Numbered from the stretch's first letter, positions 38,264-51,326 are shown. The stretch is 64,000 bases of DNA from Basidiobolus meristosporus CBS 931.73 (GCA_002104905.1 MCFE01000037.1:124001-188000); one strand, 5' to 3'. Notes: generated by a model not told the origin, from the sequence alone. Numbers and translations are program-made.

Positions 38264-39321
38264 ATTGATTTATCTTTTTACAACCTAGCAAGTAAAAAAA
38301 GGGGGTTAACCGCTGGAGAGAGAGGCTGGGTGGGGTGTGAAGTACAAAAACTATCGCCAATCCGCAGCGACAAGCCGGGGAAATATTAAGAAAAGCCAGA
38401 TCCTTCACATAGATGCTAGAAACGGGCTCGGTAAAGAGATAGCAGTGAATACCCACCTGATAAGTTTAATAGATAAAAGAGAAGTCAACGTTCGATAATA
38501 AAGAGACAAAAATGGAGTTGTTTGGATAAAGGCAAAGTATATCGAAAAAAAACAATGCTTAACACACGAATCCATCAAGTAAATCTTGATACGGTTTTTT
38601 TATTACTACGATTTTTTGATTGTTCCTTCCCCTCCCCCCTATGTCAACTGTAAATGCGCCAGAAAAAAAACCCTGATTTCACGATTGCGTCTGCGTTTCG
38701 GATGGTTATATTTCTATCGATGAATACTCTCCTTCATTTCAATAACTTTGATAAACATTGTAGCAGCCAATTATCAGCCAGCAGTGTCAACTATCTTTTT
38801 GTTTATTTGACCCATAGCAGTACTGCTTACCAACCGTCCGCACGTGACCGATTGGGGTTATAGCTACGGCACCTGGATTCCTTGGGGAATCATTCGTGCG
38901 CTTGGGCGGAGTTGATTTCCGGAATTCCGGCTGTGGCCCGGACCCTCTGGCTGTGCTTGCTACAGATGGGTGGAGTAGGCATGTTTGCCGCACCTGCAAG
39001 AAATCGGGGAATTAGTACGTGAATTCAACTGGCCAATCACCTTTGCCCACACAACCACTACCCGGTTCTTGCATGCAGAATACCAGCAATTTCTACGGCT
39101 AACCGCTTGGCTATTCAGGTCAATCCAGTGGTGGAAAATACCCATAGTTGGGTATATTGGACCCGTCAGCCAATATTACCGAATCTGCTGAGCATACTCA
39201 CTCGTAATTCAAAATTTCATCACCGATTGCCTAATCACCTAGACCACTATTTCTGCTTGTTCTTCTGTTTGTTGATTACCTATCCTTTTCCTTCCTCCAA
39301 CTCCAACTTCTTCCGTAAAAG

Positions 39322-40268
39322 ATGAACCCTGAATAGTAAGTATACTTTTCCTTCTTTGGGCGCTTGTTGCGTATTTATTCCCTACGGCTCGTTATAAATA
39401 GATACATACCTGGCTATGTAATCCCTCTCTTTCTACCACATCTTGTTTCCCCAACTTGGGAATTATCACCTCATCTGAACAATCTAAAGTGCTAGTTGAC
39501 TGACCGTTTTTATTCCTCACTGTTGTTACTTCCAATAGCGACTATCTTTTCAAGCTCTTGCTGATCGGCGATTCTGGCGTTGGAAAATCTTGCTTGTTGC
39601 TTCGTTTTGCTGATGACACCTACACAGAAAGTTACATCAGTACTATCGGTGTTGATTTCGTAAATACCCTCACTTTCACTTCCCTTTGTCGACAGTCGTT
39701 TTAATAATGTTGTTTCTCGTAGAAAATTAGAACCATCGAGCTAGAAGGAAAGACCATCAAGCTCCAAATTTGGGATACCGCAGGCCAAGAGCGTTTCCGT
39801 ACCATTACCTCTTCCTACTATCGTGGCGCCCATGGTATCATCGTCGTTTATGATGTGACCGACCAAGACACTTTCTCGAATGTCAAACAATGGTTGCAAG
39901 AAATCGATCGTTATGCCTCTGAGGGTGTAAACAAGCTTTTGGTTGGTAACAAGAGTGATTTAACTTCAAAGAAAGTTGTGGAGTATGACAGCGCCAAGGT
40001 ATGCCTACTGATGCACACTATAACCTGCTCTATTCGTAAAAGACAATTGCTAAACCCATTTCAATAGGAATTTTCTGACCAATTAAGCATCCCATTCTTG
40101 GAGACTTCCGCCAAGGACTCCACTAATGTAGAGCAAGCTTTCCTTACCATGGCCAAACAAATCAAGGATCGTATGGGTACCAACACTGTTGCTCCCTCCA
40201 CTAAGCAAAACATCAAGATCAGCCAAGGCAGTTCTGTTCCTGCTCAGTCTAGCAGTGGTTGTTGCTAA
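39322..40268 (+). CDS. YPT1: Rab1/Ypt1 GTPase (multi-exon)
   Basis: MNPE|[62 protein letters not shown] and C-terminal -GCC. Confidence 0.96.
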
Positions 40269-40627
40269 TTTTACACTTCCCCTATTCATGTCGTTTATAA
40301 AGGCCAATTTTAACCCTATTTACTGTAAATCCACAATCAAGCTTTTTTGTTTGAATTGTTCTCCTTTTACATGTTGACCTAGTCGCAATCATTCTGAACT
40401 AGTTATCGATTCTTCGTTTCACAATTTTATTCTCACTTCGAAGCTACGTTTTAACTTTTTACGATTAACATGTGACTTCACCTTTATCCATTCATCAAAG
40501 TCTTACTGAGCAAAAGGGAATGTATCTCATCCACAGTCAAGGTTATAGCACAATTCCTTTAATGTTTAACAATGTGCTTTTATTATTGGGAGTGCTTATG
40601 AGGAATGGGAGCGGTTAAAAGCCGTAA

Positions 40628-41519
40628 TCAACGACGGGCAATGGTGGCAGTGATATAGCCAGATGGATCACTGATGGGTTGGAAGATGTTCATGTCCTTG
40701 CCTTCGTTGGGGAGGTTGAAGGGCTTCAAGTTGACGCTGAGGTAGTGCTTGTTGGGAAGAGCATAGCTGATCTCGCTGACATCCACGTTCTGTCCCAACA
40801 CCTTCTCACCCATTTGGTACATGGTGGCTTGCACCGAGGCTGAGTCATCGGTGGCGAAGGTGCTGAGGGTGATCTCACGAACGCTGCTGGCGATCTCGTC
40901 GAATGGAATCTCCTCGATCTTGGACTTCTCAAGGTTGTAGGTCCACTTGGCATCCACACTGGTGGAGAAGATGCGGTCGGTGGCATCCTGGAGAGTGGTG
41001 TTCTCACAACGGTGGAAGTTGGTGAATGAGGAGCCGGTGGACTTCAACACAAGGAGGTCCTTGAGGCGGGACTCGATGGACACCTTTCCATCACGAGAGA
41101 CAACCAGCTCAACACGTCTGGTCTCATCACCGTCACGGAGGAAGGAGTGCGGGTGGAGCTGGCCATCGATCTCAACGCGGGTCCAGCGGTGCTGGATGAG
41201 CTTGATGTAGACGTCATCGACATGAGAGTATCTGTTGATGAAGTGTTGACCAATCTCGTAGCCGAAACGCTCGATGGTCTGGACATTCTCGGACTTCTTG
41301 GCGAGGACATAGAGGGTGTTCTTGACAGTAGTCAGTGGGGACAACGACAGAGTTGTCAGCCTCGGTGTAGGAGGTCTCGAACTTGCCATCGAGGAGAACT
41401 TGAGCGGTGAGCTCGACAACATCATGCCAGTTCTTGGTGTGGCGGATGACCTTGGTGATGCGAACCTTGGTCTTGCCATAGGCTTGCTTCTTCAAGTAGG
41501 CACCGGAGTTACTAGACAT
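40628..41519 (-). CDS. UOX: Urate oxidase, type A, copy A4; +1 frameshift at about 41330 (pseudogene or assembly error)
   Basis: Length is 892 nt instead of 891. It reads gacagtAgtcagt where paralogs have gacagtgtcagt; otherwise intact. Confidence 0.8.
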
Positions 41520-42030
41520 GTTTTTGAGTTGGTCGATAAATTATTACACTATTTCAAATAGAAATACGAAGGTTTATATATACAGTATTAAATAACTTCA
41601 TGGTGATACTAGATTTTATGTAGAGATCAGATCTCAACATCGAAGTTCGTAGAAAGCCTCGACTCTCATGCGTGACAACGTAGCTGGTTTTAAATTTCCC
41701 AAACACCGCACGGAATATTGATTAGATTGAGATATTGATGCTAGCGATCCGGCCAGCTTTCCCCTACATTTACACATTAGAATCATAAGTAGTATTTCGC
41801 AATCAGACATCCAGGAATTCCAAATGCCCATTCAAATGTGGAAACATGGATAGAGATAAATTATTATGTATATTTCAAATGAGTATTCCCATGCTAGCCA
41901 CATACGAGTATTTTCACATATCACAAAGAGTACTGATACTCTAACGCTATGTGACATTCATAAAAAAACATATATAATTCAGGTGTTTTTGGCAATAGTT
42001 CTCCAGTCTTCAAAGCAATTTCTCGTTATC

Positions 42031-42922
42031 ATGTCATCCTTCGTTGAACTAAAACGTCAAGCTTACGGTAAAGCCAAGGTCAGAGTGCACCAAGGCCATC
42101 CGCCACACCGCCTAGTACAACGACATTCGTTGAGCTCACTTGCCAAGTCCTTCTCGAGGGTGACTTCGAAGAGGCTTACACCAAGGCTGACAACAGCATG
42201 GTTGTCCCCACTGACACTGTCAAGAACACCTGCTACGTCATTGCCAAGAAGTCCGACCATGTTCAGACCATCGAACGTTATGCTACGAGCTTGGCAAGCA
42301 CTTCGTTGACAAGTACTCCCATGTCACCCATGCTCATGTGCACATTGTCAAGTACCGCTGGGCCAGAATCAATGTCAACGGCGAGCCCCACCCTCACTCC
42401 TTCTACCGTGACGGCAGCGAGACCAGAGAGACCTGGGTCACAGTCAGTGCGAACGATGTCAGCATCAAGTCTGGCTTGGAAGGCCTCCTTGTGTTGAAGA
42501 CCACCGGCTCGTCCTTCACCAACTTCCATCACTGCGAGAACACCACTCTCCAAGATGCTGATGACCGTATCTTCTCCACCACTGTCAAGGCCCACTACAA
42601 CATCGACACCTCGATTGGAGTCGAGAACATTCCATTCGACCGCATCTTTGAAGGAGTCCGCAAGACCACCCTGGATGTGTTCGCTCACGATGACTCTGCC
42701 TCAGTCCAGGCCACCATGTACCTCATGGGTGATGTGATCTTGAAACGCTATCCCGAAGTTCAGGATGTGTACTACGCCCTCCCCAACAGCCATCATTTCA
42801 CCACTAACCTCGAGCCATTCAACCTTCCTAACTCCGGCCGAGAGATGACTATTTTCTCACCCATTACCGACTTCTCGGGGTACATTACTGCTACGATTGG
42901 TCGGCGTGGTAACAAGTTCTAA
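42031..42922 (+). pseudogene. UOX: Urate oxidase, type B, copy B4; three 1-bp indels and a TAG in the 5' third (pseudogene or assembly error)
   Basis: Lesions at agagtGcacc, gccTagtac, gacattCgtt and tatgctacgag. The 3' two-thirds is intact and ends -GNKF. Confidence 0.75.
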
Positions 42923-43384
42923 TGTATCACAAAAGTTCCTTGTGTAAAATTCGGCAGTAAATATAGCATTCGTTCTAAACCATTATCCTGAGCCTGCTGC
43001 TTCATCGATCCGAAAATAGTAAGGTTAATCTGAATAGTTCGGCTCGTCAAATACATTGAAAGGCAGCCAACAAGATTGCCATATCAGCCGCTATAAAACG
43101 TGTAATCTTATTTGCACCAACATCTCAAACTTTAGCATGACAAAAAGTGAGCCTTCACGAACTCATTTAACTGGACCAATAATGCTCCGCTGAAACGAAT
43201 AGTCAGTAGTGTAGTCTACCACAAACATCCAATTAAGTATCAGCTACACACTGTTCAGTTTTCAATGTTCATTTCAACCCATTATCAATCTCACTAATAG
43301 AATTGACAGGACTTCATTAGAGATTGGTCATAGATTTAATGGTAGAGTTTATTGAATTACTAATTGCTAAAATTTACAAAGGGC

Positions 43385-44275
43385 TTAACGACGAGCAATG
43401 GTAGCAGTGATATAGCCAGATGGATCACTGATGGGTTGGAAGATGTTCATGTCCTTGCCTTCGTTGGGAAGGTTGAAGGGCTTCAAGTTGACGCTGAGGT
43501 AGTGCTTGTTGGGAAGAGCATAGCTGATCTCGCTGACATCCACGTTCTGTCCCAACACCTTCTCACCCATTTGGTACATGGTGGCTTGCACCGAGGCTGA
43601 GTCATCGGTGGCGAAGGTGCTGAGGGTGATCTCACGAACGCTGTTGGCGATCTCGTCGAATGGAATCTCCTCGATCTTGGACTTCTCAAGGTTGTAGGTC
43701 CACTTGGCATCCACGCTGGTGGAGAAGATGCGGTCGGTGGCATCCTGGAGAGTGGTGTTCTCACAACGGTGGAAGTTGGTGAATGAGGAGCCGGTGGACT
43801 TCAACACAAGGAGATCCTTGAGGCGGGACTCGATGGACACCTTTCCATCACGAGAGACAACCAGCTCAACACGTCTGGTCTCATCACCGTCACGGAGGAA
43901 GGAGTGCGGGTGGAGCTGGCCATCGATCTCAACGCGGGTCCAGCGGTGCTGGATGAGCTTGATGTAGACGTCATCGACATGAGAGTATCTGTTGATGAAG
44001 TGTTGACCAATCTCGTAGCCGAAACGCTCGATGGTCTGGACATTCTCGGACTTCTTGGCGAGGACATAGAGGGTGTTCTTGACAGTATCGGTGGGGACAA
44101 CGACAGAGTTGTCAGCCTCGGTGTAGGAGGTCTCGAACTTGCCATCGAGGAGAACTTGAGCGGTGAGCTCGACAACATCATGCCAGTTCTTGGTGTGGCG
44201 GATGACCTTGGTGATGCGAACCTTGGTCTTGCCATAGGCTTGCTTCTTCAAATAGGCACTGGAAGTGTTGGACAT
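43385..44275 (-). CDS. UOX: Urate oxidase, type A, copy A5
   Basis: Intact 296-aa ORF. Confidence 0.95.
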   Translation of the reverse strand: MSNTSSAYLKKQAYGKTKVRITKVIRHTKNWHDVVELTAQVLLDGKFETSYTEADNSVVVPTDTVKNTLYVLAKKSENVQTIERFGYEIGQHFINRYSHVDDVYIKLIQHRWTRVEIDGQLHPHSFLRDGDETRRVELVVSRDGKVSIESRLKDLLVLKSTGSSFTNFHRCENTTLQDATDRIFSTSVDAKWTYNLEKSKIEEIPFDEIANSVREITLSTFATDDSASVQATMYQMGEKVLGQNVDVSEISYALPNKHYLSVNLKPFNLPNEGKDMNIFQPISDPSGYITATIARR

Positions 44276-44792
44276 TTCGTAGATAGATACTTTGTTAATA
44301 CAAGCTACTCCTGATGTGAGAGGTAGACGATGACTTCTCTTATATATATTGCATGTGGTGTCACTCGGAGTACCTTATATTAAAATAGAATCTAAATCAA
44401 ATCAAGTCTCGGCCATTCCTCACTTTAGTCCCACCAATATGGCGGAATGGTGTTTTCTACCCTCTATTGCAGATGTTCTCAGGGATTCAGATCAACTCCA
44501 CGTCCTTTAATTTGGCGACTATCGGAGATGGTATTTGTTATACGGACCATTGTGCTACTGGTATAAAAAGGCAAATCTAATCTTTGATGTTCTCTTGACA
44601 AATTGCTGTGTGCACGTACTAAGGTCTAGATCCAGGATTTGAATTTGATACCAGCACATGTGGTAAATGATTGCAATGCAAATTAGAATGTATATGCTAC
44701 AAAGGCGATGGAACTGCCCTCAAGGGTATTTAAATGCAGAGCTCGTTGTCGTTGAATAGTAATCAAGCACATCGTTCGGGAGTTATTTGAAA

Positions 44793-45683
44793 ATGTCTGC
44801 ATCTGTTGAGTTGAAGCGCCAAGCCTATGGTAAAGCCAAGGTCAGAGTCACCAAGGCCATTCGCCACACCGCCCAATACAACGACATCGTTGAGCTCACT
44901 TGCCAAGTCCTTCTCGAGGGTGACTTCGAAGAGGCTTACACCAAGGCTGACAACAGCATGGTTGTCCCCACTGACACTGTCAAGAACACCTGCTACGTCA
45001 TTGCCAAGAAGTCCGACCATGTTCAGACCATCGAGCGTTATGCCTACGAGCTCGGCAAGCACTTCGTTGACAAGTACACCCATGTCACCCATGCTCATGT
45101 GCACATTGTCAAGTACCGCTGGGCCAGAATCAATGTCAACGGCGAGCCCCACCCTCACTCCTTCTACCGCGATGGTAGTGAGACCAGAGAGACCTGGGTC
45201 ACAGTCAGTGCGAACGATGTCAGCATCAAGTCTGGCTTGGAAGGCCTCCTTGTGTTGAAGACCACCGGCTCGTCCTTCACCAACTTCCATCGCTGCGAGA
45301 ACACCACTCTCCAAGATGCTGATGACCGTATCTTCTCCACCACTGTCAAGGCCCACTACAACATCGACACCTCGGTTGGAGTCGAGAACATTCCATTCGA
45401 CCGCATCTTTGAAGGAGTCCGCAAGACCACCCTTGATGTGTTCGCCCACGATGACTCTGCCTCAGTCCAGGCCACCATGTACCGCATGGCTGAGTTGATC
45501 TTGAAGCGCTTCCCAGAAGTCCGTGATGTGTACTACGCCCTCCCCAACAGCCATCACTTCACCACCAACCTTGCCCCCTTCAACCTCCCGAATGCTGGCC
45601 AAGAGATGACCATTTTCTCCCCAGTCACCGACTTCTCTGGATACATTACTGCTACCATTGGTCGTCGTCGCAGCAACTTCTAA
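44793..45683 (+). CDS. UOX: Urate oxidase, type B, copy B5
   Basis: Intact; start MSASVELK; ends -RRRSNF. Confidence 0.95.
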   Translation: MSASVELKRQAYGKAKVRVTKAIRHTAQYNDIVELTCQVLLEGDFEEAYTKADNSMVVPTDTVKNTCYVIAKKSDHVQTIERYAYELGKHFVDKYTHVTHAHVHIVKYRWARINVNGEPHPHSFYRDGSETRETWVTVSANDVSIKSGLEGLLVLKTTGSSFTNFHRCENTTLQDADDRIFSTTVKAHYNIDTSVGVENIPFDRIFEGVRKTTLDVFAHDDSASVQATMYRMAELILKRFPEVRDVYYALPNSHHFTTNLAPFNLPNAGQEMTIFSPVTDFSGYITATIGRRRSNF

Positions 45684-47141
45684 TTCATGCTTCGCGCATT
45701 TCATGTAACATACCCAATAAAAGTTTACACTGTTAGTGTACGTACTTGAACAAAACATTTTTGAATATCAGGATTAGAATTCGGTAGTTTAAGTAGTGTA
45801 TATGGAAGGGTCATTTGCAATCTCATTTTCAACTCTGCGCTTCATCGATGTATGATTGCATGGACTCTGTATCAATAATGAAATTGGTGACATTTACGTC
45901 TGATGAGAATATCGTGAAGAAGGTAGAGCTTGGTTTGTATCTGCGTTTGGGATTATCAGCGGGAAACTTTATATATGCAGTCTTAACGGAAGGTGATATT
46001 ACCTTTACTCCTAATTACTTGTATATCATGAATACACTCATGACCTATACCCTTGTTAGTTAACATCGTAGGATTATTGGTTTCCTGGAGCTATAAAAGA
46101 AGAGTAATAAGAGATCATCAACTACATACATACACCTCCGTAGTACTCTGCATTCAGTTCCCAATATAACATATAAAATCAGAATGTGTACCTTATTTCT
46201 ACTAACCAAAGGACTTTCAATTTATTTACAGCTGATGGAGCACACAGATCATTGCAATTAGCTAATTCATCATCTATATCATTCATACATTAGATGTCTC
46301 GACCTGTCAAATTACCAAGCTCTTGAATATTCTCAAAGGATCTAGTTAGTAAGACACTTCCTAATTTTTGGATTATTTACCAAAACATTTGGGCTTTCCC
46401 AAGCCTGTGACACTACTTCATGGTACTTTCCCCAAAAATTCTTATGTTTTCCAACTAAAAAGTTCTACCAAATTGTCCCTATAAAACAAATCAGTGAGTA
46501 AAGTGACACATAATCCGCAATTTTCCCAATTTTCCAAGTCAATAGACGACGCTTCATACCATACATAATACAAATAGATTTAAGACTTAGAAAAGGGTTG
46601 GCCATAGTTAAACCAGATCCTTTTCAGTTAGAGCACTTCCCCATTCATAAAAACCTATACATAGTGCAAGGATTATCCCATCTCAGTTTTCTCAATTCCC
46701 AAGAAGTAAGAAATCAAGTGAATTTGGGTTTTCCAAACTATTGCACCAACATTTAAAAGTCTAACATGGCTGGGAAAACCCTCAATAGGCAGAGCTGGCC
46801 ATTCGAACTTCGATCAATGTTTCTGTGCACTTGGTTATTGTCTTCAGTTGATCAATCAAATCGAACGTATCATGGCCCAGTGCGTTAATACGCATCCGAG
46901 ATTAACCAGCATACCTCCTATTGAGCCATATACCAGCAATTTCCAATCAACCATAGCCACCCGGAAATAGCTATCAGTAATGTCATTCAATAAGTTACTA
47001 TTGCGGCATAAACCTGGCTCTGTGCTACGTTCAAATGAACGCGCGTATAATTTACCAGGTAAAGTTCGAACCACTACTAATAAACGAAATTAAGTAGAAT
47101 GGGGTTTATTAAATTGCGAAATGCCAAAATTTACAAAGGGC

Positions 47142-48033
47142 TTAACGACGAGCAATGGTAGCAGTAATATAGCCAGATGGATCACTGATGGGTTGGAAGA
47201 TATTCATGTCCTTGCCTTCGTTGGGGAGGTTGAAGGGCTTCAAGTTGACGCTGAGGTAGTGCTTGTTGGGAAGAGCATAGCTGATCTCGCTGACATCCAC
47301 GTTCTGTCCCAACACCTTCTCACCCATTTGGTACATGGTAGCTTGCACCGAGGCTGAGTCATCGGTGGCGAAGGTGCTGAGGGTGATCTCACGAACGCTG
47401 CTGGCGATCTCGTCGAATGGAATCTCCTCGATCTTGGACTTCTCAAGGTTGTAGGTCCACTTGGCATCCACACTGGTGGAGAAGATGCGGTCGGTGGCGT
47501 CCTGGAGAGTGGTGTTCTCACAACGGTGGAAGTTGGTGAATGATGAGCCGGTGGACTTCAACACAAGGAGGTCCTTGAGGCGGGACTCGATGGACACCTT
47601 TCCATCACGAGAGACAACCAGCTCAACACGTCTGGTCTCATCACCGTCACGGAGGAAGGAGTGCGGGTGGAGCTGGCCATCGATCTCAACGCGGGTCCAG
47701 CGGTGCTGGATGAGCTTGATGTAGACATCATCGACATGAGAGTATCTGTTGATGAAGTGTTGACCAATCTCGTAGCCGAAACGCTCGATGGTCTGGACAT
47801 TCTCGGACTTCTTGGCGAGGACATAGAGGGTGTTCTTGACAGTGTCAGTGGGGACAACGACAGAGTTGTCAGCCTCGGTGTAGGAGGTCTCGAACTTGCC
47901 ATCGAGGAGGACTTGAGCGGTGAGCTCGACAACATCGTGCCAGTTCTTAGTGTGGCGGATGATCCTTGGTGATGCGAACCTTGGTCTTGCCATAGGCTTG
48001 CTTCTTCAAATAGGCACTGGAAGTGTTGGACAT
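47142..48033 (-). CDS. UOX: Urate oxidase, type A, copy A6; +1 frameshift at about 47962
   Basis: Length 892 nt; reads gatgaTccttgg versus gatgaccttgg in paralogs. Confidence 0.8.
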
Positions 48034-48554
48034 TTCGTTACTAGATATTTGGCAGATACTTTGAACTCCTGATAGATACGAGTGACAATGACTTCTCTTA
48101 TATAACTGGTAGTGCCACTTGTTGATCTTAATTTACCATTGGAGTAGGTAGAATCTTTTTAGAAATATATGTGATGGCCTCGGCCAGCCCACTACGATGA
48201 TGCACAAAGTGTGTGTGTGAGATGCGGTCACAGCCCTCATTTGTAGATATTCTCAGGAATAGAGATCAACTACACATCCTTCATTACCAGCGATGGGAGA
48301 TGATTTGTGTGACAGCAACTGCGTTGCAACTAGATCCGCAAGTCCCATCTAATCTACTATGTTCTCGTGACTAGTGGCCGTGTGCAATTGCCAATGCCTA
48401 GATCCAGAAATTAGAATAACACCGAGATTGCAGTGAAATGAACATGGTGCATATCCGAGGATGTATGTGGTCGGGAACTTTCTCAGATTGTATATATATG
48501 CCGCGCTGAAGAAATGGAAAGGCCAAGCAATATCATTGGTAAGTGATTTGAAGT

Positions 48555-49445
48555 ATGTCTGCCTCTGTTCAATTAAAACGTCAAGCCTATGGTAAAGCCA
48601 AGGTCAGAGTCACCAAGGCCATCCGCCACACCGCCCAATACAACGACATTGTCGAGCTCACTTGCCAAGTCCTTCTCGAGGGTGACTTCGAAGAGGCTTA
48701 CACCAAGGCTGACAACAGCATGGTTGTCCCCACTGACACTGTCAAGAACACCTGCTACGTCATTGCCAAGAAGTCCGACCATGTTCAGACCATCGAACGT
48801 TATGCCTACGAGCTCGGCAAGCACTTCGTTGACAAGTACTCCCATGTCACCCATGCTCATGTGCACATTGTCAAGTACCGCTGGGCCAGAATCAATGTCA
48901 ACGGCGAGCCCCACCCTCACTCCTTCTACCGTGACGGCAGCGAGACCAGAGAGACCTGGGTCACGGTCAGTGCGAACGATGTCAGCATCAAGTCTGGCTT
49001 GGAAGGCCTTCTTGTGTTAAAGACCACCGGCTCGTCCTTCACCAACTTCCATCACTGCGAGAACACCACTCTCCAAGACGCTGATGACCGTATCTTCTCC
49101 ACCACTGTCAAGGCCCACTACAACATCGACACCTCGATTGGAGTCGAGAACATTCCATTCGACCGCATCTTTGAAGGAGTCCGCAAGACCACCCTGGATG
49201 TGTTCGCCCACGATGACTCTGCCTCAGTCCAGGCCACCATGTACCGCATGGCTGAGCTGATCTTGAAGCGCTTCCCAGAAGTCCGTGATGTGTACTACGC
49301 CCTCCCCAACAGCCATCACTTCACCACCAACCTTGCCCCCTTCAACCTCCCTAACGCTGGCCAAGAGATGACCATTTTCTCCCCTGTTACTGACTTCTCT
49401 GGATACATCACCGCAACCATTGGTCGTCGTGGCAACAAATTCTAA
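48555..49445 (+). CDS. UOX: Urate oxidase, type B, copy B6
   Basis: Intact 296-aa ORF; ends -GNKF. Confidence 0.95.
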   Translation: MSASVQLKRQAYGKAKVRVTKAIRHTAQYNDIVELTCQVLLEGDFEEAYTKADNSMVVPTDTVKNTCYVIAKKSDHVQTIERYAYELGKHFVDKYSHVTHAHVHIVKYRWARINVNGEPHPHSFYRDGSETRETWVTVSANDVSIKSGLEGLLVLKTTGSSFTNFHHCENTTLQDADDRIFSTTVKAHYNIDTSIGVENIPFDRIFEGVRKTTLDVFAHDDSASVQATMYRMAELILKRFPEVRDVYYALPNSHHFTTNLAPFNLPNAGQEMTIFSPVTDFSGYITATIGRRGNKF

Positions 49446-50305
49446 TTCATTCCATTAACGTATGTAAAACATCCATTAAATATCAACTACCATCAATCCT
49501 TATTGCATTTTTGAAACTTAATAGAGTAGTGTGAAAACCTAGTTGAATCAACTACAATTTTATATAAGTGCAGGAATAATAACGGTGGACTTCTGGCAAC
49601 CCTAAACCTTTCCTGGGTTGATATCTGGTGAACCTTCCATACAAATATCAAATATAGAAATGGTTCAGAGGTGATGTTTAGCTACAGAGTACGGGTTGAT
49701 AATCTGGGAGATATATAATTTAAATAAGGGCAATTTTTGTAAGCCAAATAAAATGATCGACCTCCCGGTTCGTCATTAAATGGGAACTGGAAAAATGAGT
49801 TCGTCTCATAATTCAAACTACTGAAGTTTTGTGACCACATTTTTCGCCACCACTACCGTCAAATAAAGTTACAGGAATTGGTGGTGAACTATGTTGAGAT
49901 GTAAATTGGGTTTATCTTTTAGCCACAGTGGGCCATATGCTGTTACTAATACCGGTTGTATACACACCCAGATACTTCTGTACTCATTAATAATAAAATA
50001 TTGTATCCGACTGTATTAGAAATACTCCAAAGTTTGGGTAGTATTTCATCCCCATTGAAAGATATTAATGAAAAACGGGAAGCACTGATCAATTTCAAAT
50101 ACAAACAGAGAAATCAGGCATTATAGCAGCTCGCTTTGACTGCTCACATGGCCATTGTCTGCATCAAACACACAGCGCCCATGGTGTTCCATGTCGAAGG
50201 ATGTTCAATGCGTTCGAAATTGAGTTGATATATTATTTTAATAGTGTCAGATATTACATGATGTGCAATGATACGAATGGGGTAAACGCCCAAAATACCA
50301 AAACC

Positions 50306-51196
50306 TTAACGACGAGCAATGGTAGCAGTGATATAGCCAGATGGATCACTGATGGGTTGGAAGATGTTCATGTCCTTGCCTTCGTTGGGGAGGTTGAAGG
50401 GCTTCAAGTTGACGCTGAGGTAGTGCTTGTTGGGAAGAGCATAGCTGATCTCGCTGACATCCACGTTCTGTCCCAACACCTTCTCACCCATTTGGTACAT
50501 GGTGGCTTGCACCGAGGCTGAGTCATCGGTGGCGAAGGTGCTGAGGGTGATCTCACGAACGCTGCTGGCGATCTCGTCGAATGGAATCTCCTCGATCTTG
50601 GACTTCTCAAGGTTGTAGGTCCACTTGGCATCCACACTGGTGGAGAAGATGCGGTCGGTGGCATCCTGGAGAGTGGTGTTCTCACAACGGTGGAAGTTGG
50701 TGAATGATGAGCCGGTGGACTTCAACACAAGGAGATCCTTGAGGCGGGACTCGATGGACACCTTTCCATCACGAGAGACAACCAGCTCAACACGTCTGGT
50801 CTCATCACCGTCACGGAGGAAGGAGTGCGGGTGGAGCTGGCCATCGATCTCAACGCGGGTCCAGCGGTGCTGGATGAGCTTGATGTAGACGTCATCGACA
50901 TGAGAGTATCTGTTGATGAAGTGTTGGCCAATCTCGTAGCCGAAACGCTCGATGGTCTGGACATTCTCGGACTTCTTGGCGAGGACATAGAGGGTGTTCT
51001 TGACAGTGTCAGTGGGGACAACGACAGAGTTGTCAGCCTCGGTGTAGGAGGTCTCGAACTTGCCATCGAGGAGAACTTGAGCGGTGAGCTCGACAACATC
51101 ATGCCAGTTCTTGGTGTGGCGGATGACCTTGGTGATGCGAACCTTGGTCTTGCCATAGGCTTGCTTCTTCAAGTAGGCACCGGAAGTGTTGGACAT
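50306..51196 (-). CDS. UOX: Urate oxidase, type A, copy A7
   Basis: Intact 296-aa ORF. Confidence 0.95.
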   Translation of the reverse strand: MSNTSGAYLKKQAYGKTKVRITKVIRHTKNWHDVVELTAQVLLDGKFETSYTEADNSVVVPTDTVKNTLYVLAKKSENVQTIERFGYEIGQHFINRYSHVDDVYIKLIQHRWTRVEIDGQLHPHSFLRDGDETRRVELVVSRDGKVSIESRLKDLLVLKSTGSSFTNFHRCENTTLQDATDRIFSTSVDAKWTYNLEKSKIEEIPFDEIASSVREITLSTFATDDSASVQATMYQMGEKVLGQNVDVSEISYALPNKHYLSVNLKPFNLPNEGKDMNIFQPISDPSGYITATIARR

Positions 51197-51326
51197 TTTG
51201 CAGATAGGTATTTGACTTATACTTCATGTGTGGTCCTCTCTCAGTTAAATAGTAAATATTCGGCACGTGCATCCACCACCAATTCGGAGTTGTATGAATG
51301 GGAAATATGTAGGTTTCAGAGTGGCC

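Noticed and set aside
46720-46785. GGGTTTTCC...GGAAAACCC inverted repeat in the B5-A6 spacer
   Set aside because: A 9-bp stem with a long loop in AT-rich DNA, with no TSD or second copy; compatible with chance.
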